Under the pieces are notes generated by a model. It saw only the letters and a list, made by a program, of their open reading frames with translations. It had not been told where the DNA came from and did not search any database. Shown piece after piece: positions 45,035 through 53,539 of a stretch of 64,000 bases of DNA; within the stretch, counting starts at the first letter, position 1, and each line of letters starts with the position of its first letter. The stretch comes from Klebsiella phage NU-KP11. A program made the position numbers and the translations under genes. The stretch lies in sequence record OR644643.1. The stretch is one strand, 5' to 3'.

Positions 45035-45420
45035 ATATTGATTTTTGTAAGGCTGAAATAAAAGCGGATATGGACGAAAAAGAACCGAAGTTCGATAGTC
45101 CTCACAGTTCGCGCTGGATCGTAGCTGTTGACGATGAAGGTTATGTTACGGTATTATCTCGACCATTCATTCATGATGCATTCTTTGAATGTGGACGCAG
45201 CGCGGAAGATATCGGGCTTCCTGATTCTATCGAAATGCCTCCGGGTGTGTATGAATGGATCTGTGGTTTTGAACAAACTACTGACTGGGAAACCGGATAC
45301 GTGGACGGATGGGAATTCTATCCGAATGAAACAACATTATTGTATAGCTGGGACAATGGCAAAGTTAACGAAAGCGGAAACCAAGAAGCACAATCAGATA
45401 ATGGATCTGGTTCACTCTGA
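45031..45420 (+). CDS. Hypothetical acidic protein
   Basis: 129-aa ORF. Its 3' end overlaps the methyltransferase start. Confidence 0.45.
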   Translation: MNIDFCKAEIKADMDEKEPKFDSPHSSRWIVAVDDEGYVTVLSRPFIHDAFFECGRSAEDIGLPDSIEMPPGVYEWICGFEQTTDWETGYVDGWEFYPNETTLLYSWDNGKVNESGNQEAQSDNGSGSL

Positions 45421-46132
45421 CAAAGCGCTAACTTACGAAGAGAAGTTGTTCATCATTGAAAACTTTCATGAAGGCGCGTTTACAAATAATTCCGAATTAG
45501 GGGCGTTCTTTACCCCTATTGGACTTGCTCGCGATTTCACAATCGATGCTTGCACAGGTGGAAGTGTTATTGACCTGTGTGCTGGTATCGGTGGGTTATC
45601 TTTCGCTATGGTTCATTACATGATGTACAATACACCGCGTGAAATCGTCTGTGTTGAGTTAAATCACACATACTATGAGTTAGGTAAGCGTATCGTACCA
45701 GAAGCCTCCTGGGTGCATGGAGACGCCTTAACAACTGAATTTAATCAGGTGTTTGATATGGCGATCAGTAACCCGCCTTTTGGTAAAATCAAAACCTCTG
45801 ATTTTAAGGGTAAGTATACAGGGGCAGAATTTGAGTATAAAGTAATCGAACGTGCATCACAGATCGCGCGTCAGGGAACTTTTATAATCCCTCAAATGTC
45901 TGCAAATTTCCGGTATTCGAAAGCCCATTGTTTCCGACAAGATGACAGCACAACATCAAGTAAATGTAAAAAGTTTCTTGATGAAACTGGCCTTGTTATG
46001 AATCCTGGATGCGGTATAGATACTGGGTATTACCTGGAGGATTGGAAAGGGGTTAAACCACTATGCGAGGTTGTTTGTATGGAGTTTGAACCCGAAACCA
46101 AATCTGATTTATTCACTTTCACAATAGAGTAA
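45356..46132 (+). CDS. Gamma-class amino-methyltransferase (putative DNA N6-adenine MTase), unrelated to T4 Dam
   Basis: Motif I VIDLCAGIGGLSFAM (FxGxG) lies upstream of motif IV SNPPFG. The start is placed at MAKLTKAE. An alternative start is MDLVHS at 45401. The ORF-track extension back to 45128 has non-protein-like composition. Confidence 0.7.
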   Translation: MAKLTKAETKKHNQIMDLVHSDKALTYEEKLFIIENFHEGAFTNNSELGAFFTPIGLARDFTIDACTGGSVIDLCAGIGGLSFAMVHYMMYNTPREIVCVELNHTYYELGKRIVPEASWVHGDALTTEFNQVFDMAISNPPFGKIKTSDFKGKYTGAEFEYKVIERASQIARQGTFIIPQMSANFRYSKAHCFRQDDSTTSSKCKKFLDETGLVMNPGCGIDTGYYLEDWKGVKPLCEVVCMEFEPETKSDLFTFTIE

Positions 46133-46137
46133 TAATC

Positions 46138-46626
46138 ATGAGTGATCAATTAGTTAAAAATATGGATTTAACATATAGCGTCCGGATGATCCGGCTACTC
46201 AAAAAGCCCTGGACTGAATGGACTGCTTACAAACTGGGGATCCTTGATGGACAAGGCGAAGTAATTCGCAACCCCAAAACAAAAGAAGAGTTAGAAGCGT
46301 ATTCTCCTTTTCATCGTTCAGTACGCCATATCAAGCGTAGAATGAATTCTGTTCCGTATATGACTGGGTTTATGAACCTAACCAGTTCATATGATACCCT
46401 ACGCAATCGCTACAATCTGACAGAACAAGAGCATGAAGAAATCATGTTGAACGTTCCACGCCTCAAAGAATATTATGATAAGGGGCGCATGTTAGAGGAT
46501 ATGGTCGCGGGTGATTCTGGCGGCGATACAGAAAAGATTGCTTCTGGTGTGACTACTGGAGCAGTAACCAACATCGGGCCGAAAGTATTAGGCGTTACCC
46601 GTGCAGGGAAAAGGAAAAAGAAATGA
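46138..46626 (+). CDS. Hypothetical protein with a basic C-terminal tail
   Basis: 162-aa ORF immediately downstream of the MTase. Confidence 0.45.
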   Translation: MSDQLVKNMDLTYSVRMIRLLKKPWTEWTAYKLGILDGQGEVIRNPKTKEELEAYSPFHRSVRHIKRRMNSVPYMTGFMNLTSSYDTLRNRYNLTEQEHEEIMLNVPRLKEYYDKGRMLEDMVAGDSGGDTEKIASGVTTGAVTNIGPKVLGVTRAGKRKKK

Positions 46627-46841
46627 TAATTCCTCCGCTGAATATCACTATCTGGGCTACTGCTAACGATTATACATGGTTTCCAATTTGTATCATGTAT
46701 ATGAGTGACAACGCGACCGTTTATCAGAATCGTCGAAAAGGTTCTGATAAAATTGATATTGCAATAAATTATTCGTTTAAACAGGCATTTCGTGGTTGGA
46801 AGTTAATGCTTGACGGAACAGAAAAGCAAGTAAGTTCTTGA
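46623..46841 (+). CDS. Hypothetical protein
   Basis: 72-aa ORF. Confidence 0.35.
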   Translation: MIIPPLNITIWATANDYTWFPICIMYMSDNATVYQNRRKGSDKIDIAINYSFKQAFRGWKLMLDGTEKQVSS

Positions 46842-46866
46842 CAGAAAAATCCTCTTAGTCTATGAT
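46838..46866 (+). promoter_or_regulatory. Near-consensus sigma70 promoter (TTGACA-17-TATGAT)
   Basis: TTGACAgaaaaatcctcttagtcTATGAT, upstream of the TraR-like gene (AGGAGGA SD). Confidence 0.55.
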
Positions 46867-46896
46867 ATTGAAATCATTTGATTAGGAGGATTTACA

Positions 46897-47157
46897 ATGG
46901 CGGTTGGATTTGGCCCTGCTGACGGTGTTCAAGATACCATTCAGGCAACAATAGACAATGCGATAGATTTTGCACGTTCTCAAATCAGAAACGGAGAATC
47001 ATTAACGCATTGTTTTGATTGTGGGGATCCGATACCCGAAAAGCGTAGGGCTATCGTGAAGGGTTGCCGTTATTGTATTGAATGCCAAAAAGAACATGAC
47101 GAAATGATCAGCGCCGGGTATAATCGACGAGGATCGAAAGATAGTCAACTGAGGTAG
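46897..47157 (+). CDS. TraR/DksA-family C4 zinc-finger protein
   Basis: CFDCGDPIPEKRRAIVKGCRYCIECQ carries the CxxC-17-CxxC spacing and the conserved IPxxRR of the TraR/DksA family. 86 aa. Confidence 0.65.
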   Translation: MAVGFGPADGVQDTIQATIDNAIDFARSQIRNGESLTHCFDCGDPIPEKRRAIVKGCRYCIECQKEHDEMISAGYNRRGSKDSQLR

Positions 47158-47159
47158 AA

Positions 47160-48185
47160 ATGTATCTTGATATAGAATTTGCAACCCGAATTATGGGATC
47201 ATTGCCTCAAAGCGAAATCGTTCGTAAATCAGGGGCATTAAGCATCAATGCGCGTTGCCCTATTTGCGGCGACTCAATGAAAGACAAGTACAAAAAACGA
47301 TTTTGGATCTACCCTTCCAAAAAGGGCGATCACATGAATTGTGGTTGTTTTAACTGTGGTTATGGTGTACCGTTTAGCGTATTCCTGAAAGAATATTATC
47401 CAGATGATTACCGTGATTATCTCATGGAATCGTTTAAGGATCGCAATTCGTTAAAGCCAACACATACAGAACAACCGAAGGAAGAGAAGAAATTTATTCC
47501 TACTCTTCAATTCTGCGAAAGGTTAGATACCTTGCCGGATGAACATCCGATCATAAAATATGTGCAAAATCGTTGTATTCCCCGTGACAAGTGGGATCGG
47601 TTGTGGTTTACTCGCGAATGGCAACAACTGGTTAATACTGTGAATCCGGATACCTATCCGATTGCAAAACCAGAACCGAGATTAGTGATCCCTATCTTCG
47701 ATAAGAAAGGTAAAATAGAATCTTTCCAGGGCCGTGCTTTACGTGATGGTGCTAAGTCGAAATATATCACAATCAAAGCCTGTGAGGAATCAACTAAGAT
47801 TTACGGACAGGATACGATAGATCCGCTAAAAACGGTTTATCTTCTTGAGGGGCCATTAGATAGCCTGTTTGTTGATAATGCTGGCGCTATCACTGGTGGA
47901 CAGCTTGCACTTTCTGAGGTTCCGTATAAAAATATGCGTGTCTGGGTTCTTGACAATGAAGCACGTCATCCGGATACTACTCACCGCCTCTTTAAATTGA
48001 TTGAGGCTGGAGAAAAGGTTGTAATGTGGGATAAATGCCCGTGGCCTTCCAAAGATATCAACGAAATGATAAAAACGGACGGCGCAACTAAACTTGAAAT
48101 TATGCAGTATTTGAAAGATAATACTGTTTCTGGACTCACGGCAAAACTTCGATTTAAGTCGTGGGACAAATCACCGAAAAAATGA
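47160..48185 (+). CDS. 61: DNA primase gp61
   Basis: Zinc ribbon CPICGDS...NCGCFNCGY. ASWVLEGPLDSLF-type TOPRIM region (YLLEGPLDSLFVDNAGAITGGQL). Aligns with T4 gp61 throughout. Confidence 0.9.
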   Translation: MYLDIEFATRIMGSLPQSEIVRKSGALSINARCPICGDSMKDKYKKRFWIYPSKKGDHMNCGCFNCGYGVPFSVFLKEYYPDDYRDYLMESFKDRNSLKPTHTEQPKEEKKFIPTLQFCERLDTLPDEHPIIKYVQNRCIPRDKWDRLWFTREWQQLVNTVNPDTYPIAKPEPRLVIPIFDKKGKIESFQGRALRDGAKSKYITIKACEESTKIYGQDTIDPLKTVYLLEGPLDSLFVDNAGAITGGQLALSEVPYKNMRVWVLDNEARHPDTTHRLFKLIEAGEKVVMWDKCPWPSKDINEMIKTDGATKLEIMQYLKDNTVSGLTAKLRFKSWDKSPKK

Positions 48186-48192
48186 GATTGAT

Positions 48193-48729
48193 ATGACTAC
48201 TGATAAAACTCCTGTATTTAATTCATGTGCGCACCTGGTTAACCCGGAAGATCTGGAATTTGTAGATTCCGAATATCAAAAGATTCTGGCCCGTAATGGT
48301 GATCCTTTACAATCCATGCTGGATTTACAAAACCATGCACAACAAAGCCTGTCTGATACCCTGCATTGGGTTCCGCGTCCGGATAATCTGGAAACTTGTG
48401 GAGAAATCCTTGATTGGCTGAAACTGCAAGACGACGCGATCGCCGATGAAACCCGCGAATTGTATACCGCTCTGGGTGGAATGTCTCGCGGTGTTAAACC
48501 TGCTTCCGGTGTTTGGAAACCGTGGAAAGCAAATCACCAGGAATTGCGCAATACTAAATTTGCGGATCTGAGTGAAGAGGATCGTTTAGAAGTTCTGTTT
48601 GAACTTATCGATCAGTGGCATTTCTTTATGTGCAAATTCCTGGCGCTGGGTATGGATGCGGAAACCATATACAAACTGTATGCACTGAAACAAGCCGAAA
48701 ACCTCCGCCGTTGGGCTAACAACTACTAA
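48193..48729 (+). CDS. 56: dCTP pyrophosphatase gp56 (MazG-like all-alpha NTP-PPase)
   Basis: CAHLVNPED..ILARNGDPLQSMLDLQNHAQ...PDNLETCGEILDWLKLQDDAIADETRELYTALGGMSRG aligns with T4 gp56 CAHLIEGVD..ILGDEKDPLQVMLDMQRFLQ...PDKLETAGDVVSWMREQKDCIDDEFRELLTSLGEMSRG. Confidence 0.85.
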   Translation: MTTDKTPVFNSCAHLVNPEDLEFVDSEYQKILARNGDPLQSMLDLQNHAQQSLSDTLHWVPRPDNLETCGEILDWLKLQDDAIADETRELYTALGGMSRGVKPASGVWKPWKANHQELRNTKFADLSEEDRLEVLFELIDQWHFFMCKFLALGMDAETIYKLYALKQAENLRRWANNY

Positions 48730-48914
48730 TGGATCCGATCATCGCGCTATTAGCTGTTGGGGTTCTTTCTTATGGTGTTTGCGCGATGATCACATATCTT
48801 TTCGGTTGGTGTGTGTTTCACGTAAATGGCGTTGAAAGAAAACTTTTACTGATTATACTATCAGTGTTTTGGTTTGTTGGAATATTCTACGTTTGTTATG
48901 AGGGGCGAGAATGA
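48729..48914 (+). CDS. Hypothetical small membrane protein
   Basis: 61 aa with two TM segments. Confidence 0.4.
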   Translation: MDPIIALLAVGVLSYGVCAMITYLFGWCVFHVNGVERKLLLIILSVFWFVGIFYVCYEGRE

Positions 48915-49201
48915 TTACAAAATATTATATCGTCGTTAGTAAGGATAAAGACGGGTTTAAAATCCCCTTCATTAAGGAGGGAGAGTTAACACCTTTGTTG
49001 TTTCTATCTCCGGACGATGCTAACGAGTATAAAAATTCGATTATCAAAGAATATAATGATAAGATGAATCCAGTTAAACAAAGTGGTCTTAGCCGATTCT
49101 TTCGAAAGGAAGAAGTGGAAACCGTAACCGAAAAGAAAAAGAAAGATATGCGTTGGTTTATTGAACACGCAAGTATTCAAGGGGTATTGATTAAAGTATG
49201 A
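48911..49201 (+). CDS. Hypothetical protein
   Basis: 96-aa ORF. Confidence 0.4.
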   Translation: MITKYYIVVSKDKDGFKIPFIKEGELTPLLFLSPDDANEYKNSIIKEYNDKMNPVKQSGLSRFFRKEEVETVTEKKKKDMRWFIEHASIQGVLIKV

Positions 49202-50526
49202 GCGAATTAACTTTTGACGATCTGAGCGAAGACCAGAAAAACGCACATGATCGAGTGATTAAAAATATCAGAAACAAAATCCATACTACTATCACAGGTG
49301 GGCCGGGTGTTGGTAAAACTACTCTGGTAAAATTTGTGTTTGAAACATTGAAAAAACTGGGTATTAGTGGGATCTGGCTGACAGCGCCGACACACCAGGC
49401 TAAAAACGTTCTCTCTGAGGCGGTGGGTATGGATGCAACGACCATTCACTCAGCACTGAAAATCAGCCCCGTGACCAACGAAGAGTTACGAGTATTTGAA
49501 CAGCAAAAAGGCAAAAAGGCCGCTGATCTGTCTGAATGTCGTGTGTTTGTGGTTGAAGAAGTATCGATGGTTGACAAAGAACTATTCCGTATCATCAAGC
49601 GTACTATTCCTAGTTGTGCGGTGATCCTGGGATTGGGTGATAAGGATCAGATCCGTCCGGTTAATACCGAAGGGATCACCGAGCTTTCACCGTTCTTTGA
49701 TGAGGAAATTTTTGATGTCATTCGCATGGATAAGATTATGCGTCAGGCAGAAGGAAACCCAATCATCCAGGTATCACGCGCTATACGCGACGGTAAGCCG
49801 TTAATGCCCCTCATGAATGGTGAACTAGGGGTAATGAAGCACGAAAACGCTGGTGACTTCCTGAGACGTTATTTTAGCCGTGTTAAGACTCCGGATGACC
49901 TGAACAATAACCGTATGTTTGCTTACACTAACGCAAACGTAGACAAGTTAAACGCAGTGATCCGCAAACACTTGTACAAAACTGATCAGCCGTTCATTGT
50001 TGGTGAAGTGGTTGTGATGCAAGAACCGTTAGTGACAGAAGGCCGTGTGAATGGGGTTTCGTTTGTTGAAGTTATCTATAACAACAACGAGCAAATTAAA
50101 ATTCTTGAAATCATCCCGCGTTCTGATACTATCAAAGCTGACCGATGCGATCCGGTGCAAATCGATTATTTCTTGATGAAAACAGAATCGATGTTCGAGG
50201 ATACGAAAGCGGATATTCAGGTTATCGCGGATCCGGTTATGCAGGAACGTTTAGGCGATTATTTGAACTACGTCGCGTTTCAGTATAAGAAGATGAAACA
50301 GGAAACCGGATACAAAGCCCCCTGGTATTCGTTCTGGCAAATCAAAAACAAGTTCCAGACGGTTAAGGCGCTTCCGGTTTGTACGTATCACAAAGGTCAG
50401 GGAAGCACGTATGATCATTCATACATGTATACGCGCGATGCATACGCATACGCCGATTATGAATTGTGTAAGCAGTTGCTTTATGTAGGAACTACCCGCG
50501 CACGATTCACTGTTGATTATGTCTAA
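49198..50526 (+). CDS. dda: DNA helicase Dda (SF1B)
   Basis: LTFDDLSEDQKNAHDRV...ITGGPGVGKTTL aligns with T4 Dda MTFDDLTEGQKNAFNIV...INGPAGTGKTTL. The C-terminal LLYVGTTRARFTVDYV matches LLYVGVTRGRYDVFYV. Confidence 0.92.
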   Translation: MSELTFDDLSEDQKNAHDRVIKNIRNKIHTTITGGPGVGKTTLVKFVFETLKKLGISGIWLTAPTHQAKNVLSEAVGMDATTIHSALKISPVTNEELRVFEQQKGKKAADLSECRVFVVEEVSMVDKELFRIIKRTIPSCAVILGLGDKDQIRPVNTEGITELSPFFDEEIFDVIRMDKIMRQAEGNPIIQVSRAIRDGKPLMPLMNGELGVMKHENAGDFLRRYFSRVKTPDDLNNNRMFAYTNANVDKLNAVIRKHLYKTDQPFIVGEVVVMQEPLVTEGRVNGVSFVEVIYNNNEQIKILEIIPRSDTIKADRCDPVQIDYFLMKTESMFEDTKADIQVIADPVMQERLGDYLNYVAFQYKKMKQETGYKAPWYSFWQIKNKFQTVKALPVCTYHKGQGSTYDHSYMYTRDAYAYADYELCKQLLYVGTTRARFTVDYV

Positions 50527-50545
50527 GGGCTTCGGCCCTTTGAGG
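50527..50545 (+). terminator. Hairpin (weak terminator) after dda
   Basis: GGGC-TTCG-GCCC followed by TTTGAGG. Confidence 0.4.
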
Positions 50546-50550
50546 TTCTT

Positions 50551-50859
50551 ATGAAAATTATTGTTAAAGTCAAAGATGTAGAAAAGATTTTGCGAGAAGT
50601 TGACCGTATTGGTAGAGAGGGGCTTGATTATCTCGAAGGGTTCAATTCTATCGATATCAATTTGTTGTTTGCAAAATTGCGCTGCGTTGTCAACGCAAAC
50701 AAAGAAGTTGGGTTATACTGTCCTAACGGGCCGACCTATACGTGGGGAAACATTTCACAAGATATCGAATTCACTTTTGAAGAGTATGCAGTTATCATTG
50801 ATACTTTGAAAATGGGTCGTAACATTCGTGAAAACAAAAACATGCTTGAGGGGTTTTAA
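50551..50859 (+). CDS. Hypothetical protein (dda.1 position)
   Basis: 102-aa ORF. Confidence 0.4.
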   Translation: MKIIVKVKDVEKILREVDRIGREGLDYLEGFNSIDINLLFAKLRCVVNANKEVGLYCPNGPTYTWGNISQDIEFTFEEYAVIIDTLKMGRNIRENKNMLEGF

Positions 50860-51144
50860 ATGAATATTCACCTTCCGCGCCTTTATGCTGAATTGGTTGC
50901 CGATCTGATTTTGAAAAGTGATCGTTCTACAATGGAAGATTACCACGATTGGGAACATCTGGACAATTTTGCAGAGGCTGTAGAAAACATGATCCGACTG
51001 GAAAAATCGATTGCTCGTTGTGGGCTTCGTCAGTTCGGTATGATGGCGGTAACTCCAGGCATGATCGAATCCGTTGATGTTGCTCCGGAAGTCGCGCTAT
51101 CATTGGCCTATTTCATGGAATCGTATAAGCGGGGTCGCGAATGA
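50860..51144 (+). CDS. Hypothetical protein
   Basis: 94-aa ORF. Confidence 0.4.
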   Translation: MNIHLPRLYAELVADLILKSDRSTMEDYHDWEHLDNFAEAVENMIRLEKSIARCGLRQFGMMAVTPGMIESVDVAPEVALSLAYFMESYKRGRE

Positions 51145-51812
51145 GTCATTTACCCGTAGATTTTGTATTTGATTATGAAAGTATTGGCCCGTTTCCAAAA
51201 GGAAAACTAGCTGAACTTAGCTATGTTCCGTTTGTTGATGATCCTTATGATCCGCCTACCTTTCAGGAACTGATTGCTAAAGGAAGAAAGTACAAATTTG
51301 ACATCCGGAAACAACCAGAACGCATCAAAGATGAAAAAACGATCGAATGGTGGAAACAGCAATCTAAAGAAGCACAAAGGGTTTTGTTCCCTTCCGATAT
51401 TGACATGGATTTGTACGAAGGTCATCGACAATTCTTTGCTGATTTAGCGGCTGACGGTGTGAGTCGTTGGCAGTCATACGATTATACGCGCGGCCCTGAA
51501 TTCGATCGTTCTATGCTAACCGATGTTGTACGAACTATGACAGGGAAACTTGACACGTTTGAAGATATGCCGACAGTGTTCTGGAATAGTCGTGATGTGC
51601 GTACAGCTATTGAAAACCGTTTACTGACTCGCGGAGTGACCACGTGTCCACTGCGTAAAGGCATGTTAGATGGATTCATTCAGCATGATTCGATTCATGA
51701 TTGCGCTAAAGATGCATTGATGCTAATCTATGCTAAACGTTATGCTCTGGGGCTGGAAGAACCTCCATCCTTAGAAGAGACAGACGAAAACAGCATAGGA
51801 AAGAAACGATGA
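51141..51812 (+). CDS. dexA: Exonuclease A (DEDDh 3'-5' exonuclease)
   Basis: VDFVFDYESIG and RTAIENRLLTRGVTTCPLRKGMLDGFIQHDSIHDCAKDALMLIYAKRYALGLEEPPS align with T4 DexA DFIIDFETMG and RTRIEALLLVRDMTTCPLPKGTLDGFVAHDSIHDCAKDILMMKYALRYAMGLEDAPS. Confidence 0.9.
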   Translation: MSHLPVDFVFDYESIGPFPKGKLAELSYVPFVDDPYDPPTFQELIAKGRKYKFDIRKQPERIKDEKTIEWWKQQSKEAQRVLFPSDIDMDLYEGHRQFFADLAADGVSRWQSYDYTRGPEFDRSMLTDVVRTMTGKLDTFEDMPTVFWNSRDVRTAIENRLLTRGVTTCPLRKGMLDGFIQHDSIHDCAKDALMLIYAKRYALGLEEPPSLEETDENSIGKKR

Positions 51813-52090
51813 TCACATTAACTATTATGGATCGCCATTACTACGGGAACACGATTAACGAAGCGAAAGCAAAAGCCTTTGATGATATCATTAACCAGGA
51901 TCTGGTTAAAATTGAATCTGATCGCTATGTCGTGCAACCAGGTGATAGCCTATATTCTATAGCAAAGAAACTGTATGGTGTTGGTGAACTTTGGCCTGAT
52001 ATCGCCAAAATCAACCGTGATTCTATTCCGGATGCACGTCTGATCCATCCTGGTATAGTTCTTCGATTGCCAAAACTGGTAAAAATTTAA
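51809..52090 (+). CDS. LysM-domain-like small protein
   Basis: YVVQPGDSLYSIAKKLYGVGELWPDIAKINRDSIPDARLIHPGIVLRLP resembles a LysM fold. Confidence 0.45.
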   Translation: MITLTIMDRHYYGNTINEAKAKAFDDIINQDLVKIESDRYVVQPGDSLYSIAKKLYGVGELWPDIAKINRDSIPDARLIHPGIVLRLPKLVKI

Positions 52091-52100
52091 AACAAAGCCC

Positions 52101-52130
52101 TTGACTTCGGTTGAGGGCTTTTGTTATATT
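52101..52130 (+). promoter_or_regulatory. Terminator-promoter module (TTGACT inside hairpin, 18 bp, TATATT)
   Basis: AAAGCCCTTGACTtcggttgAGGGCTTTTgtTATATT. Confidence 0.5.
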
Positions 52131-52303
52131 GGGTTCTCAGAAAGGAGATTGATATGAATTTTACTAAATTTGAAATCCGGCTGTTGATTACGCTGGCTAT
52201 TTGCGGAGCGGTATCATTGATTAGTTTGTTAACGTATATCGCTGTAAGAACAACGATATGGCTTCATGACTGGTTTACTGTACTTGACACAATTAAGGGG
52301 TGA
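52121..52303 (+). CDS. Hypothetical small membrane protein
   Basis: 60 aa, one TM segment, AAAGGAG SD. Confidence 0.4.
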   Translation: MLYWVLRKEIDMNFTKFEIRLLITLAICGAVSLISLLTYIAVRTTIWLHDWFTVLDTIKG

Positions 52304-52306
52304 TTT

Positions 52307-52531
52307 ATGCGTATAGCGATTATTGGGGCGGCTTTGGGTGTAATCGGTGACCGTTTAGTAAACTGCATGATCGAAGAGTTAAAGTCACCACCCTATCCAT
52401 TTTCTATAGAATGGAACAACCAATTTCCTAATTTGGTTGGGGAAGAACCCACGATCCATAAAGTCAAACCATACCGAAATCCGGTTGTGCCTAAATCATT
52501 GCACCGTCAATCAGTAAACAGGGGTAAATGA
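52307..52531 (+). CDS. Hypothetical protein
   Basis: 74-aa ORF. Confidence 0.4.
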   Translation: MRIAIIGAALGVIGDRLVNCMIEELKSPPYPFSIEWNNQFPNLVGEEPTIHKVKPYRNPVVPKSLHRQSVNRGK

Positions 52532-52830
52532 TGTCAGAATTCGCGTTAGCTATCCTTGTCGTGATTGCTGTAATGGGTTCGATCCTGTTTTGTCGCATGT
52601 ATCAGTTAGATGATACACAGGAATGGTTGGACATTAACGAAAAACAGTTCCGTAAGCACTTTGCAGGTGAATTTGTTTTTGTGAAATTTCGTAGTGACTA
52701 CAAGGTCGAGTTTGAGTTTTACGGAAAAGGGAACAACTACCACATAATCACTTCTGTTATTGATGCAAAGAAAATCTTTGATAAGACACAGGGCGGCGGG
52801 ATCCGTAAATTGCTCAAAGAAATAAAATAG
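52528..52830 (+). CDS. Hypothetical protein
   Basis: 100-aa ORF with an N-terminal hydrophobic segment. Confidence 0.4.
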   Translation: MMSEFALAILVVIAVMGSILFCRMYQLDDTQEWLDINEKQFRKHFAGEFVFVKFRSDYKVEFEFYGKGNNYHIITSVIDAKKIFDKTQGGGIRKLLKEIK

Positions 52831-52845
52831 CACTTTTTGTTAAAG

Positions 52846-52881
52846 AAGCCTCTTGCATCGCGGGAGGCTTTTTGGTATCTT
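52846..52881 (+). promoter_or_regulatory. Terminator-promoter module (TTGCAT inside hairpin, 17 bp, TGGTATCTT) plus the conserved leader CATCGAAACGAAACA
   Basis: AAGCCTCttgcatcgcggGAGGCTTTTTggTATCTTgtattCATCGAAACGAAACA. Confidence 0.5.
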
Positions 52882-52918
52882 GTATTCATCGAAACGAAAC
52901 AGAGAAAGGAATACGAAA

Positions 52919-53182
52919 ATGGTTAAAGTAAAATATGCAGCACACGTTAAAGCAGGTGAGATTGTTGGTTTAACTTTCGGTGCTGAAATTGGTTCTCAGT
53001 GGGCGCTGGTTGAAAAGGTAGAAGACCTGGGCGATAAAGTAGCAATCACTGTGAAAATGCAAAAACGTTTTACTAACCGTCCTGTAATCACTAAGAAAGT
53101 GAAGAAGGAAAAACGTGTTAATACTCAGACTTTCGAAGAATTCATGAACTGGTGCAAAATGTATAAACTGGATACCTACTAA
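52919..53182 (+). CDS. Hypothetical basic protein
   Basis: The start is moved to MVKVKYAAH, which has an AAGGAA SD, downstream of the conserved leader. Confidence 0.45.
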   Translation: MVKVKYAAHVKAGEIVGLTFGAEIGSQWALVEKVEDLGDKVAITVKMQKRFTNRPVITKKVKKEKRVNTQTFEEFMNWCKMYKLDTY

Positions 53183-53216
53183 TAGCACTTTTTGTTAAAA
53201 TATTCTGGGGTAGCTT

Positions 53217-53240
53217 TGGTATAGTTACCCCATCGAAACA
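53217..53240 (+). promoter_or_regulatory. Extended -10 promoter TGGTATAGT plus leader CATCGAAACAAGG
   Basis: TTTGGTATAGTtacccCATCGAAACaagggagg. No recognisable -35. Confidence 0.4.
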
Positions 53241-53255
53241 AGGGAGGAAATTATT

Positions 53256-53480
53256 ATGATGGTTAACGGTTCTCTTTATCAACAAGCAGTTGCACAGTGG
53301 AAACAGAAAGTTCAGGATGCAGAACGCGGGATCGCTTATTGTGATGAAGCGTTGGCAAGTAATCTTGAAAACTGGGAACGCAAAGAGTATGAGAAAGTTA
53401 AGCAACGCCATTTGAACGAACTCCCTGCATTAAAAGAACACTTAAAATATTTGATGGATAACGAAAAAATCCTTGCATAG
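53256..53480 (+). CDS. Hypothetical protein
   Basis: 74-aa ORF with a GGGAGGAAA SD. Confidence 0.45.
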   Translation: MMVNGSLYQQAVAQWKQKVQDAERGIAYCDEALASNLENWERKEYEKVKQRHLNELPALKEHLKYLMDNEKILA

Positions 53481-53515
53481 AATAACCATCTTTGATATAG
53501 TACTTACATCGAAAC
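53473..53515 (+). promoter_or_regulatory. Sigma70-like promoter TTGCAT-17-TGATATAGT plus the conserved leader CATCGAAACGAAACA
   Basis: ccTTGCATagaataaccatctttgaTATAGTacttaCATCGAAACGAAACA. Confidence 0.5.
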
Positions 53516-53539
53516 GAAACACACTTTAGGAGATATACC

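Noticed and set aside
45128-45355. Upstream 76-codon extension of the methyltransferase ORF
   Set aside because: The translation (MTMKVMLRYYLDHSFMMHSLNVD...) is not protein-like and it overlaps the 129-aa ORF in another frame. The start is placed at MAKLTKAE instead. A programmed +1 fusion with the upstream ORF cannot be excluded, but there is no evidence for it.
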